A stretch of DNA of 64,000 nt from Antedon mediterranea (lineage: Eukaryota > Animalia > Echinodermata). Position numbers and translations under genes: made by a program. Under the pieces are notes generated by a model. That model was given only the letters and a program-made list of their open reading frames with translations, searched no databases and was not told the origin of the DNA. This document shows positions 37,373 to 50,299 of this stretch, piece after piece (position 1 is the stretch's first letter; each line of letters begins with the position of its first letter). The stretch lies in contig NC_092673.1 in assembly GCF_964355755.1 (NCBI RefSeq), positions 9,858,001 through 9,922,000 on the forward strand, in the 5' to 3' direction.

Positions 37373-37459
37373 GGTGAATGCAACGGCATTGCACTGTACT
37401 GATACCCGAACAAGAAAGTGATACTGATGACATAGTTGTGAGTCCTTTTCTATTTGAAG

Positions 37460-38216
37460 GATTAAACAATATCATCCCACACGGGGCAATTCAAATAAAA
37501 TGGTCTGGATTAAAATGATCTTACAAAATATACAAAAATATCACAATACACAGTACAATATAACAAGAGTCAAAGTTCAAGAATTTAAGAGTCGGGTGGC
37601 AACTGGCAAAAAAGAATTTCTTTTACGGTGTGTTATGCCGGCCATCACAGAAGGAAGATAAGCTACGAAGTTGACAACCTATTAATTTAGAACTTAAATT
37701 AACAATTCTTTGTAGTGAGTTTCTCTCTTTGACCCTAAGACTAAAAAACCAGCAGTAAGTGAAACAGTTAAAACATTCTCAATAAAGGAATTTTAAAAAA
37801 CCCTGAGAATTACTTTATCGACATTAAAATGGTTCAGCTTCCTTAACAGATAAAGTCTCTGGTGCCCTTTCTTTACTATTGCCTCTGTATTTAATTCCCA
37901 GCTGAGATTGTCCTAGGTATTTAAAGGAATGGACAATTTTGCTGGTTTGTCATTTATGAGGGATACCAGAGGGCTGCGTCCTTTCTCCTTCCTAAAATCT
38001 ACAATCATCTCCTTGGTTTTGGTCACATTGAGTTCCATCTAATGCAGAACCATGACCGTCCTGTGAATTTTTAAGGAGAGACAGCAAGACAGTGTCGTCA
38101 GCAAATTTGACAAGATGACTGTCCTGTTTGCTGCGACAGTCATCCGTGTATATAATATACAGGAGAGGAGAGAGGACGCAACCATGGGGAGATCCAATAC
38201 TTGTCATTACGTACAT
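37460..38216 (-). mobile_element. Truncated, decayed Rex1/Babar-like LINE
   Basis: GSPHGCVLSPLLYIIYTDDC..LVKFADDTVLLSLL, plus downstream RLYLLRKL-like text. Confidence 0.75.
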
Positions 38217-38219
38217 TCG

Positions 38220-39300
38220 TTGATACTAAAATCATCAAAAATTTATCTATAGTAAATCATGAGTTGATTCCAAATTATCAAGACTCATTAATTAATCAGC
38301 AATAGTACATACCACTAATGAATTTCAATATTCTTCTAGCTAGCATAATTTTTCCTATTTCATGACGATACAATAGGTACAGGAAAAACATTATTTGCAC
38401 CAAATACTTCCAATATATAAATAAACATAATTTAGTTTTACGCTATTTTAAGAAAATTTGAGTTTTCGTAAGGTCACTGACCTCTATAGTTACATAACAA
38501 CTGTTGTATCAATTAGCTTTTAGAGGAAGAAATACATATTATACACATTTGTAGTTATTTAGATGTTATTGGCAGGCATAAATGTTACCTCTAAACACAA
38601 GTTTCATCAAATGCATCGGCAATTATGGAATAAGACATTGCAGTTAATAATTTTGTTAGGAAAAATTTGAGTTTTTGTAAGAAAAAATGTGAGTTTTTGT
38701 AAAAGGTCAATGACCTTTTGACCTCTAGTTACGTATAACTGTTCTATTAATTGTTTTTTTAATGTATATTAGTAGGATATATATAATATACACATTGGTA
38801 CTAAAGCTATTTAGATATGATTATAAAACAATGGATTATAGGCATAAACGCTACCCCCTACCACAAAATTGTTTACATTACATTTGATCAAGAATCAATT
38901 TCAATAAGAATAGTACATCATTACTTTTAAAATTCTTCTAGTTAACATCATGCTTCCTATTTTATATATCGATAGGTACAGAAAAAACACAATTTTGATT
39001 AAATTCATCCACAATTATGGCATACGATATTACAGTTCATCATTTTTTTATGGAAAAAAATGAGTTTTTGTAAAAGGTCTATAACCTTTTGACCTAGTTA
39101 TATAAATAGGTGTTGTATTTGTTTTTTTAAATTGCATATTAGAAAAAATTATATATTCTACACATTGATATCAAGATTATTGAGATTGGATTATAAAACC
39201 ACAAGTTATGGCATAAATGTTACCCCCTACCCTAAAAATATTTACGGAATAAAATCGCTATATAGTTGTTGAGATTACGTTAAAAATAATGTGTTCCAAT
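38220..39300. repeat. Diverged repeated modules containing TGAGTTTT.GTAA.AGGTCA.TGACCT
   Basis: Similar blocks near 38460, 38690 and 39060 with shared flanks. Confidence 0.55.
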
Positions 39301-39767
39301 GCTTCAATTTTCGGTGACTTTTAATATCTCATTCTAAAGTACATTTGGAATGAAAAAATCAATGTTTCGTTACTATTGCAATTTGTGGTGGGTTTACTTC
39401 TAAATATCACTAGATTGACTGGACTATTATTGCATTTGATGTAGGGAAACTTTGGAGGCGCAGTTGTTCGTCTTCGCGTACGATGTTGAGTGTCCATCGT
39501 CAATCACAAATTAATTACACGTAAAAATTTAAGCAAAGTACAAATTGTTATACATTCTCAGAAAAGCAATGTCGAGGTTCAATAATTTTTTCTATAGTGG
39601 TGATTTGACTGAAGATTCCAGCATTTTTATACGTGAATATATTATATAAATCCAAAGGCAAATTACTGAAAAAATGACAATGCTATGGGTATCAGTGGCT
39701 GGATCTCAATGGAGATACAAAAAAAAAAGCTAAATCAAAACGATAATTAAAACAGCCAGAAAAGTTA

Positions 39768-39801
39768 GCAGAGCTTTCGGGCAACACTAGCCCTTCATCA
39801 G
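39768..39801 (-). ncRNA. Hammerhead-ribozyme-like core (Penelope-type remnant)
   Basis: Minus strand CTGATGA A GGGC tagtgtt GCCC GAAA GCTC. Confidence 0.5.
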
Positions 39802-39809
39802 ATATATAC

Positions 39810-40900
39810 CGTATATATATATATTTTTATCTGTATTTATTGTTAACCATTTTTGATGTTGTATTGTTTAATGTTTCAAACCCATTAGTGGCGGTATCTA
39901 TCGCTGTTGGTTTTGATTGAATAAAATAGAATAAAAATCATGTACAGTATATCTTTTTTTTCGGTGATTGTTTGTCCAATTGTGAATTACTATTGAAGTT
40001 CATTATTACAATAGGAACTATTACTATTGCGTGCCGTAATGTATAACTATTAAACAACGCAAACTTTAAAACAAAGTACTATTGGCTCTTTTTCACTAAA
40101 AAGTATGGCTTTTTTTAAACAGTATTGACCAATGGCATGTTTATTATTAAACGGTGACATAGGAATAATTTCTGAATATCGTTAACAATGCAGTATAATT
40201 TAAACAGATGCCATCGGCGCAGAAGATGTCTAAAAAACAATTCTGTGCGTGTATGTTCGGTGACCAAAAATAAGATACCTTTGCCGGTTTAAGGTTTATT
40301 ATAAAATAGAAATATCATATTTTTTATTGCCTAATTTATCATAAATTATGTACATATATACTGTATTGATTTAGATCACTTTCAGCATTTTTCAGAAAAT
40401 GTTTCCATATCAAAAAGTAAATACTATAAATGAAATAAAAATCAAAATATTGTGTATAGTGTCATTTAATTTTGTTTTATTTATTTTTTGTGTGAATGTT
40501 ACCTTTCTTTTAAACTTGCAGTGTTGTATGTGTTTTTTATATGTTTGTTAACAGACGTTTTCAGCCTTTCAAAAGGTCCTTATGTATTGCTTGGTTTTAA
40601 GTACCTTATACATTTAATAATCTAAATAGCAATCATATCGATATTTTTAATGATAGACTTGGTTATTTTAAGAGGGCGATGATGTGTTCACTTCTTGAAC
40701 AGCCTGCATAACCTGTTTTAATTGAAATTGTTTATGGCATGCCAATCTATGTTTTATATATATATATATATATTTTATCTGTATTTTATTGTGAACCGTT
40801 TTTGATGTTGTATTGTTTTATGTTTCAAACCTGTTAGTGGCGGTATTTATCGCTGTTGGTTTTGATTGAATAAAATAAAAATAAAAATAAAAATAAAAGT
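39810..40900. repeat. Pair of ~130-bp direct repeats (39810-39940 and 40755-40890), each after a (TA)n run and ending in an AATAAA-type tail
   Basis: Shared TTTTATCTGTATTT..GATGTTGTATTG..TTAGTGGCGGTAT.TATCGCTGTTGGTTTTGATTGAATAAAATA. Confidence 0.75.
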
Positions 40901-41349
40901 ATCATTCAATGGCGAATCTCATGCATATTTATGAAAACCAAATCCACAAGTATACAACAAGTCTGTATATCAAATTAAATCATATTTCGTATACGCTACC
41001 GTATTAATTATAGATAATCTTATATGAGACGAAATGGAAATAAAATGGTTTACATAAAAAATTACACTTAGTTTTATTACTTGATGTATTACTGTTTCTT
41101 TTTGGTAAAAGTTGAAACGAAATTGGAATGAAGAGCTCCCAAAACATGTTCTGGTGTGGACTGTCATTCTAGGGAACAGTATTAAATTCGGCATCGGTGA
41201 ACTATAATACCAATAAGATGGATAATAATAATCGCAACATATAACACTAAAATAAGTATGATGTATAAAAGGAAACAATTTAAAACAATTAAATTTGAGA
41301 ATCGAGATTTCGGTCATAAAAATGAGAAGATAATTTGTATTTACTTTTA

Positions 41350-42911
41350 TCTATATTATAAGTGAGAGAGTTTGTCTGTCTGTCTGTTTGTTTGTTTGTT
41401 CCTTATACAAAATTTTGTTACTGCACATAATCTTACATATGGGGTATCAAAATGACCGCAATTGTACCGGGAATGTTCTAAGCTATATTTCAACATCATC
41501 CGCCACCTAGGATTCAAGTTAGGGACCAAAATGTGGTCAAAACCCCCACTTTCGATGTTTGTTCGTTATAAAAATTTCTGTTTCTGCACGTAACCATACG
41601 TATGGGGTATCAAAATTTTGTTACTGCACATAATCTTACATATGGGGTATCAAAATGACCGCAATTGTACCGGGAATGTTCTAAGCTATATTTCAACATC
41701 ATCCGCCACCTAGGATTCAAGTTGGGGACCAAAATGTGGTCAAAACCCCCACTTTCGATGTTTGTTCGTTATAAAAATTTCTGTTTCTGCACGTAACCAT
41801 ACGTATGGGGTATCAAAATGATGGCAATTGTACCCGGAAGGTTTTAAACTACATTTAAAAAAATTCCCCCGACTCCTGGGGTTTTTGTGGGAGGGGTGGG
41901 GGGGGGGGGGGTGTGGTGTGGTGGTTTGTGATGTCATTTTTTGCTAGGGCTCGGGGTTGTAGGCTATCGAATTGTAAAATTATACTACAAAAGTTTTACA
42001 GTATTTGAATTATCCTCAGCAAGGCGTTTGGGGAAATATAGATATAGATATACATATTTTATTCATTAACCAATATGACACCTATTCAATTACACATTTA
42101 GCAAAGTATTTTAACCATTATCCAGCTATGTATCGGTCTCTTGGATTGTCTCATTACAGACCCAGTGGGGTTGGGAGATAGGGTTTGGGAGTTTGGGTTC
42201 AGGGGATAGTGGGGATTTTGCTTACACCAGAATTGTGGTTGGAAAATGTTAAAGTATTTAATCATCCCTAGGAAGCGGATGGGAATTTGGGGTGGGGATG
42301 TAGGCCTATCACAATGACCGAAACTGTATTTGGAATGTTTTAAACTACATTTGAAAACTGCCACTGAGGGATTATGGGTTGGGAGTGATAATAACATAAT
42401 TTGTACTGGAACCGGCTTCAACACATCACCCAGTGTATCTGGGGTGTGTTTGTAGGGGGAGGAGGAGCGAAAATACTAGCGTAATGAAGTAGCCTATATG
42501 ATTGAATTGTACTAGGAAAAGTTACTAAATTTGAACTGTCCAGGGGAGGAGTTAAGGTTTGTTGATGGTGGCTGGGGTGGTGAAAGGAGAAAGAAGGCTG
42601 GGGGACCGCAGTATCTAAATTACATATTTTAATTATCAGCCAATATGACACCTATTTATTTACACAATTTACAACGTACTTCAACCATTATTAGACCCAT
42701 CGTAGCTATGCATACTCCTCTCAATTCGAAGCTTAGGTTGAATTGAATTTGTCCATCACTGGGAAGAATTTGTTTTTAAGAAAGAGTATGGGGTGTTATT
42801 GAAGAGGGGTGGAGGTTGGTGAGTATAGACAGATACTGGCGTCGGTTGTTATATACTGAGAAGGCTGTAAACGAATTTTGAAACCCGCCCTGGGGCGGGT
42901 ATAATTGCTAG
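41350..42911 (+). mobile_element. Non-autonomous Helitron
   Basis: A|TCTATATTATAA start; (GTCT)n/(GTTT)n microsatellite; hairpin ACCCGCCC-TG-GGGCGGGT at 42883-42900; CTAG|T end; internal 203-bp tandem duplication 41408-41818. Confidence 0.8.
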
Positions 42912-43923
42912 TTTATTATATAGGAATCACATTTATATTACAAATTTACAAAATTACAAATAACATAAGCCAAAGTTCTAATGAATTCATAACATCAAAA
43001 TAAAATGTAAACTAATTAATTATGTATGGAAATACATAATACTTAAACTGTACAATATATATAACTACAAAAAAAGTAAATAAAATAAAAACAGAACAAA
43101 AAAAAATACAGGATATAAATATAAAAATAATAATACAGCTTACCAATTTACAGATACATACTCATAGAGACGTCTATATCTTGTTTTTATATAATGTGGG
43201 GAACGAGTCAAGAATTAGCAAGTCTTTTATATGATTTGGGAAATTGCTTCATTGATAGTGGTATGTTTAAGGGATGCTTAAAAGTCACTGTATCATTGAC
43301 GAGTATAAATATGTGTATGCAAACAAATTTATTTGATTGAACATATTTATACTGTATGTTTCAAATATTAAGATAAATATATAATTGCGCCACAAAATCC
43401 ATTTATCCGTGTATTGTATGAGTTGAATTCCTTTGTCAATAAGGTGAACATAATCCATACAGCATTTGTATATTAGTGATTATTTGCAATAGTAATTGTA
43501 TCGTGTTGTGGCACGCAACAATGAGACAAACAAGGACATTCACATTCATATATACTTATTTAATAGCGTAACACTTGTCATGAACAAGATCCAGAACAGC
43601 ATGGCCTATATGACCTTTGGCCTCATATGGGCCGCCGTACGTGCCTTATCATAATGGTCAAGTAACATCTCCCTTCCTTATTTTTTTAAATATTTTTTTT
43701 TTTATTTATTTTTTTAAAAATATAACAAAACAACTAAAACGATAACCATAACTTTCAACATATTGAGATGTGTAATGATATAGAATAAAGAGCAATTGTT
43801 ATGATGTGATATAGACTAACGTGTCATTATTGAAGGTATTATTAATCTTGACATATTATAGTATGCTATATTTATCTAGGTTCTGTTAACTAAAATTTAT
43901 GTGTTATAAAATAAAGTTATTGT

Positions 43924-46370
43924 TCATAGTCCTTGAGATAACTTGGCTTTTTTAACAGTTCGTTTAGTGGATCTGGTGGCTTGTGGTACGTTTGTTGACT
44001 TCTTGTTTACTGGTACGCACTGCTTTGTTGCTTTGGGTTGTACTGCTATCTGTTGGGCTTGTGGCTTTGGTTGAGATTTTATCAGTTTCTGAGTTTCTTT
44101 TTGTTGTAGGCCTGTTTTCGGCGTTTTCCGCAAAAATCGGCGGTTGCGACGCAGAGTACGGCCATCATCTGTTGTTACATTGTATGAACGTTTATTTATT
44201 CTCGAACGTACTGTTGCTTTTTTCCACAATTTTTGTCCTTTGTCAATGGGTTGTACTCGAACGTTGTCACCTGTTTGTAGGGGTTCAAGTTGTGGTCTGT
44301 TAGCGTGTCTCTTATCGACTTTCTCACGTTTTGCTTGCAGTTTTATTTTGTCATCTTCAATGTCATATTTTGGTGTCAGCGTTGTGGATGTGGTGGGAAG
44401 TATAGTTTTGGCTTTTCTGCCCAGTAGCCTTTCTGCTGGCGAGGTCGCCATACCTTCTGTTGGTGTGTTTCTGATATTTAGCAATCCAATATACGGATCT
44501 TCTCCTGCCTGTGCACATTTTTTCATCAGTCTTTTCGCTATTTTTACAGCCGCTTCTGCTGCTCCGTTTGATTGACTATTACCCGGACTTGACATGATAT
44601 GTAAGAATTCCCATGAACTCATGAAGGCTTGGAACTTATTTGATGTAAATTGTGGTCCTCCATCACTAATGACATACTCATGAATCCCATGACGTGCAAA
44701 ATGATGTTTGAGTTTTTGAGTTTGGTTATGACAGTCGATGATGTTGTTTCAGGAAGGTATAATCCACTTTTAAAAAATTGCTGAAATAATCCACTGTAAC
44801 AAGATAGTCTCTATCATGTACTGTAAACATACCGACTGCTACTCTCTCCCATGGTCTGGAGGGAAGAGGATGACTCACTAGTGGTTAACACCACAACATT
44901 TAGCTTGCACAGTGTTTCATCTGCAGCAGTTGCTTGACGAATCTCTTGCAGCCGCTCTGTCTTGACAGGTATATATGCAAGATTGCTGACTGCGTATATG
45001 GCAGCCTCTGTGTTTGGCAGTGGTGCTTGTGACAGTGCATCCGACAAGATCATCTTTGAACCTTGTATATAGATGAGTTCAAAATTGTATTCTTGCATTC
45101 GGAGTAGTAGGTTTTGTAATCTACGTGGAGCTTTATCCAAGCTCTTTTCCACGATGCTGGTCAATGGCTGGTGGTCAGTTTTAACTAGTAAACTTCGTCC
45201 ATAAGTATAGTGGTGAAATTTAGTTAATCCATATGCGACTGCTAGCATCTCTTTCTCAATTTGCGCATACCGTCGTTCGCATTCAGTCAGTGTGCGACTG
45301 GCGAAGGCTATGGGACGCCCATCTTGCATGATGACTGAACCCAGCCCAAACTCACTAGCATCATTCTCCAGTACTAGCTTTTTGTTCGGATCAAAGAAGG
45401 CCAATATCCTTGGCGTTGCCATTCTTCGTTTAATCTCCTCAAACATAGCTTGTTGAGGTGGACCCCATGTCCATTGTACATCTTGTAATGGTTTGTTTGG
45501 CCACGATTTGTGTCGTGTTCCAACTTTGTTGATCCATGAATAACGACATCATCTGCAGACAACTCCATGTAAGCCATGCAGTGCATCGATCAACTTCTTT
45601 TGAAAAATTTCTGACGACACGGATAGGCCAAATGGTAACCTGTTCCATTTGTATCTGCCAAAAGGCGTCTGGAATGTTGTTAACAAACTGGAATGGTCAT
45701 CCAGTGTGACATGCCAATATCCAGACGATAGATCTGCTTTACTGAAAATTGATGATTGACCTAACTCGACATGTAGTGTGTCATCAAGTGTTGGAAGAAC
45801 GTATCTTTCTCTGCAAAGAGCCTTGTTGAGTTGTCTGGAATGTAGACAGACCCGGATATCACCAGATTTCTTTGGGGTAACTACAATAGCATTGACCCAC
45901 TCCGTAGCCTGTGACACCGGCGAGATTGCACCAATGTTATGTAACCGATTTAGCTCATTTCTCAATCTGGGCTTAACTGCCACTGGTACTCGTCTCGTGG
46001 CCATGACAACAGGCGTAACTTCGTTATTGACAGACAATTGAGCTTTACCTGGCAAGGTGCCTATTGTTGTCCTGTCAAATACATCATTAAACTTCTCTGA
46101 TTGTACTACTGCTACACGATCTATGTTTTGCTCATTAACTTGTATAAGATTGAGTCGTCTGACATCCGTGTATTCAATCAATGGACTTTTCTTGTTATCC
46201 GTTACCACAAATTTTAGCTGATATGACTCACCATTTGCTGGGTTTTGTACACATTCATTTGCAATACCATACGTTCTTAGTTTTGACCAATTCCACATAG
46301 TAAGCGTTTTTTCTTGTTGTTGTAACTTGTAAGTGTTTTGCATATTTTATAGGTATAGTGTTAACAGTAG
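43924..46370 (-). pseudogene. pol: Gypsy pol (PR C-part, RT, RNaseH, integrase), frameshifted and deleted
   Basis: KADLSSGYWH..TTFQTPFGRY..LPFGL; DASEFGLG..YAQIEKEMLA..TDHQPL; SDGGPQF; QSNGAAEAAVK. Confidence 0.9.
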
Positions 46371-47900
46371 GGGAAACAAGGAAACAAGTTTACAATTGGC
46401 TGATCTCTTTAAGCATTTATTCACTAAATTGATGAAGGAAGGAGCTATCCCCCTATCTTGGGGCCTCGCAGACGTTATACCTATATTCAGAAAAGGAAAT
46501 AAGTCTATACCTTTGAATTATAGACCAGTGAGCCTGACTTCACTAGTATGTAAAACTATGGAAACATTCATTAGGAATAATATAATGGATTATATGGAAA
46601 GCAACAATTTGTTCACCAAAAGTCAACATGGTTTTCGGCCGGGTAGGTCATATAATACAGCACTACTAGAAGCGATAAATCAGTGGACCAAATGGTTAGA
46701 TGAAGGTTCGAGTTTCGATTGCATTTTCTTGGGCTTCAAGAAAGCTTTTGATAGCGTTCCACATAAAAGATTAATCAATAAGCTGAAAGCATATGGTATA
46801 GGAGGAAACTTAGTGCAGTGGATAGAGGCGTTTCTTACTAATAGATCACAGGTAGTTGTTGTAAATGGTGTTAGTTCAAACAGCAAAAGAGTAACAAGTG
46901 GAATACCTCAAGGAAGTGTTCTAGGACCACTGCTCTTCAACTTGTATATCAACGACCTTCCTGATCAAATAGATTCCGAGATAAAAATTTTTGCTGATGA
47001 CACCAAGATTTTTAGAAAAATAAATAATTTAGATGATGCCAAAAAGTTACAAGATGACATTGACAAGCTGTTTAAATGGTCTATAAAATGGCAACTACCG
47101 TTTAACTTTGAAAAATGTAGTGCCATGCATTTTGGTAGGAAGAACATTAAATTTCAATACAAGATGGGCCATGCAGAAAACAAGAAACTACTACAATGGG
47201 TCTGCAAAATGACAGATCTCGGGTTCGTAATTGACGATAAATTAACTTTTGAATCCCATGTGGCTCAAGTTGCTATGAAAGCAAATCAAAAGCTGGGCAT
47301 CATATATAGGTCTTTTGATTATTTATCCTGTCACTCCTTATCTCTTCTGTACAAATCGATTGTAAGACCATCCATGGAATATTGCAGTACTGTTTGGCAG
47401 CATGTTTTTTTGAAGGAATCTGATAAGTTGGAAAAGGTTCAACAGCGTGCATCAAGAATGATAGCAGATTTACGTCAGTATGAATACAGTCAACGGCTTT
47501 CCAAAATGCACCTTCCTACTCTAGAATACAGAAGATTGAGATCCGCAATGATTCAAGTATTCAAAATGTTCTACGGTTTCACTAAATGTAACAATGAGGA
47601 TTTTTTTAGGTTTACCACTGAATCTAGAACCAGAGGACACTTTTTGAAAATTAGTAAACCTCGTACTCACTTAAGGATACGGCAGAAATTGTTTACAAAC
47701 TCTATTATCGACACATGGAACAACTTGCCTCAGGATGTAATAGAAGCTGCAAATGTTAATCAATTTAAAAACCGACTAGAAAAGTTTTGGAAACACCACC
47801 CACTAAAGTTTCCCCATATGATAGAACATGTAATAGAATATACCGGAGGGACACACAAGCATCTTGCTTTAGATGTCCAAGATCAAGGTAAATCAAGGTA
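46371..47900 (+). mobile_element. 5'-truncated CR1 LINE with open RT/C-terminal frame; 5-bp TSD AGTAG
   Basis: YRPVSLTS, QHGFRPG, PQGSVLGP, FADD, RTRGH; (ATCAAGGTAA)x2 tail; AGTAG at 46366-46370 and 47901-47905. Confidence 0.9.
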
Positions 47901-47905
47901 AGTAG

Positions 47906-48867
47906 CTCCCGTATCAATATAGAATACAACACTTTGCTTGTTGATCACCAGCTTACACTTCAGGTCCCTGTGACTCGTATCATCTACCTTTGCTTATCCA
48001 ATCATCGTCCTCACTTGATGAGTATTCCTCAGAATCTTGCACATGAGCAATTTTCTATTTGCTTGTTTGTCCCTATTTACACTTGCTGGCAAAGTGATTA
48101 CGTTTTCCACACTTTGAGCATTGTTTGCCGTATGCTGGACATTTCTTTTTATTCCATACATGAGATTTACCACAAAATTTGCACTCACTCAACTTCTGTT
48201 CACCCTTTTCAGGCTGGTGCTTGGGGCGTTTGCTGTGACCTTTGACCTTATTGTTTGTATCTTTCATTGACATATTCTGTAACCGTGACTCAGTGCTTTC
48301 ATTTTATCTACAAGTAGTAACAGCATCAGACAACGACAATGTACTCTTCTCTAGGAGTTGCTTGTGTGTATGATCACACCTGATGCCAATGACAATTTTA
48401 TCTCGAATCAATTCATCTTCGAGTGGTCCATAATCACAGGTTTTTGCCATTTCTTTGAGCGTAGTAATATATCCATCAATTGATTCACCTTTTTGTTGTT
48501 GACGCTTATTGAATTTATATCGCTCATATGTCACATTACTTAGTCCTAAGAAATATGTGTCAAACAGCCCGATAATGGCGGCTACTGGCGTGTTATTATC
48601 AACTTTAAACGTGTTGTAAATTTTAACCGCCTTTGCCCCAATAGTGCTTAAAAACACAGCCACCTGGAAATCCATGTTTTCATTTGTTAATCCGGAAATT
48701 ATTTCATAATTTCTATATAATTGCTTGAATAATTTCCACTCAGTACAATCTAATTTCAACTGAGACGGGGGCTGTGCATTTATCTTTGTTTTTACATTGC
48801 CGCTGTGAGACGTTCCTCCTCCGGCTTCTGCACTCGTGCCTGGCGTATTTTCATCACTGCTTGACAT
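47906..48867 (-). pseudogene. gag: Gypsy gag with two zinc knuckles and protease N-part
   Basis: NVTYERYKFNKRQQ..GESID..CDYG..LIRDKIVIG; CKFCGKSH..CPAYGKQCSKCGKRNHFASKC; FYIDTGAT. Confidence 0.85.
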
Positions 48868-48962
48868 TCTCGATCGTCACTTAGACTGCTCTATCTAACA
48901 CTTTATTAAGGCGTACAAGATTGTTTCCAATCGTAATCTGGGTACTTACAAGTACTTGTTCA

Positions 48963-48974
48963 CCTCTGCTACCA
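48963..48974 (-). promoter_or_regulatory. Primer-binding site, initiator tRNA-Met
   Basis: TGGTAGCAGAGG directly after the LTR is complementary to the animal tRNAi-Met 3' end CCTCTGCTACCA. Confidence 0.85.
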
Positions 48975-49543
48975 TGTATCGTGTTGTGGCACGCAACAAT
49001 GAGGCTAGACAATGAGACACAACAAGGACATTCACATTCATATATACTTATTTAATAACTTATATGTTTTTGGACGACTTTGTTTTTGGGCGACTTTGTT
49101 TTGGGGCGACATTGCGATGGGGCGACTTGATTGGATCCCGCCTAATAATGGTTGATGGACGATCAAGGCCACGGACGATCCAACTCGCCAAAGTCAAGTC
49201 GGACCCACGTCAAGTCGGCCTCAAGTCAACTCGGCCTTTCGTCAACTCGGCTAAAAATTAATCTGGGCCTGGTCGTTTTTTGTTTAATAATATTTAAACA
49301 ATATACTTCGGTCTAACATACAACAAACATAATAAAGATTAATGTATTTCTTTTATCATTACATTCATTAAATAGTAATTATTAAAGTAATCTTTCTATG
49401 TTATGGTATTGTATAGTAAAATTAAACTTTAAGAATCTTCGCACAAGTGTGCGTTGCGGCTGGCGATGATTTAAAAAAGGGTGAAATGTTTTTAAATAAT
49501 CTGTTTATTCAGCGCTCTGCAGCAGAAACAGGTGGTATAAATT

Positions 49544-50294
49544 TTATCTAAAATTCATCTCTGAAAGCATAGCTGATGCTGTTATCTTGGTTTGTGTTAT
49601 CTTGGTTTGTAAGTGATAGAACATCTCTGGGATAACCTCTGCTGGCAGGTATGGCAGCGATAGCAACTTGCTGATGTTCTTAAATACGGCATCTCGCTCA
49701 CCATACGCTCGCTGCAGTCCAATTTCCTGTATGTGACGCCAGACGGCTTGCTTCCAATGAAACACTAACCCAAAGCACCGGACTTCAGGGAAAACGCTGG
49801 TAATGGACTGCCATTCTCCTTTATCAAAATCCATCATGACCTCTTGGACATTTATACCCTGTAAAAAAACAAAAATATTTTTCTTTAAACCAAAACCTTA
49901 ATTACTCTATCTGCGAATACTATTCAAGTTGTAAATGTAGAAGCAACCCACCCATAAATAAGCACTTTAAGTTCGGCAAAAGCAGGAATGGTGCATTGTT
50001 TAATGTTGTAGATGCGTGATGTGGATAAATCAACCAATTACACATACCTCTGTCATGTTTAGCAGACACTCTTTGACTGCCTCAAACCCAGCTTTGTAAT
50101 CTTCCTGACATCAGCACAAAGCATAACAGGACCTGTTTTGTGGCATAATCTTGCTTGACAAATGCATGTATTGACATCAGTTGTGTGAAAGGCCGCCACA
50201 CCACCTTGAATGTGCCGTCAATATACAATCTTTTGCTGCGTGCCAGAGTTGTCAGTTGCCGAGTGGTGGCAAAAATCAGATGTTCACGTGTCAC
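49544..50294 (-). pseudogene. MULE transposase fragments, probably split by an intron (~49860-50050)
   Basis: HLIFAT..LYIDGTFKVV..PFTQLMSIH; MMDFD..VFPEVRCFGLVFHWKQAVWRHIQ..LPYLP. Confidence 0.85.
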
Positions 50295-50299
50295 GTCAC

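Larger units (their letters stand above)
43497..49057 (-). mobile_element. Decayed Gypsy LTR retrotransposon (Mag-like), interrupted by CR1; 5' LTR truncated
   Basis: 171-bp 3' LTR at 43497-43667 with PPT at 43668-43680; partial 5' LTR at 48975-49057; gag, double zinc knuckle, PR, RT, RNaseH and IN fragments in order. Confidence 0.9.

Noticed and set aside
46333-47901. Stand-alone RT system (retron, DGR or group II intron)
   Set aside because: CR1-type motifs, a tandem-repeat tail, 5' truncation and a TSD identify an ordinary LINE.
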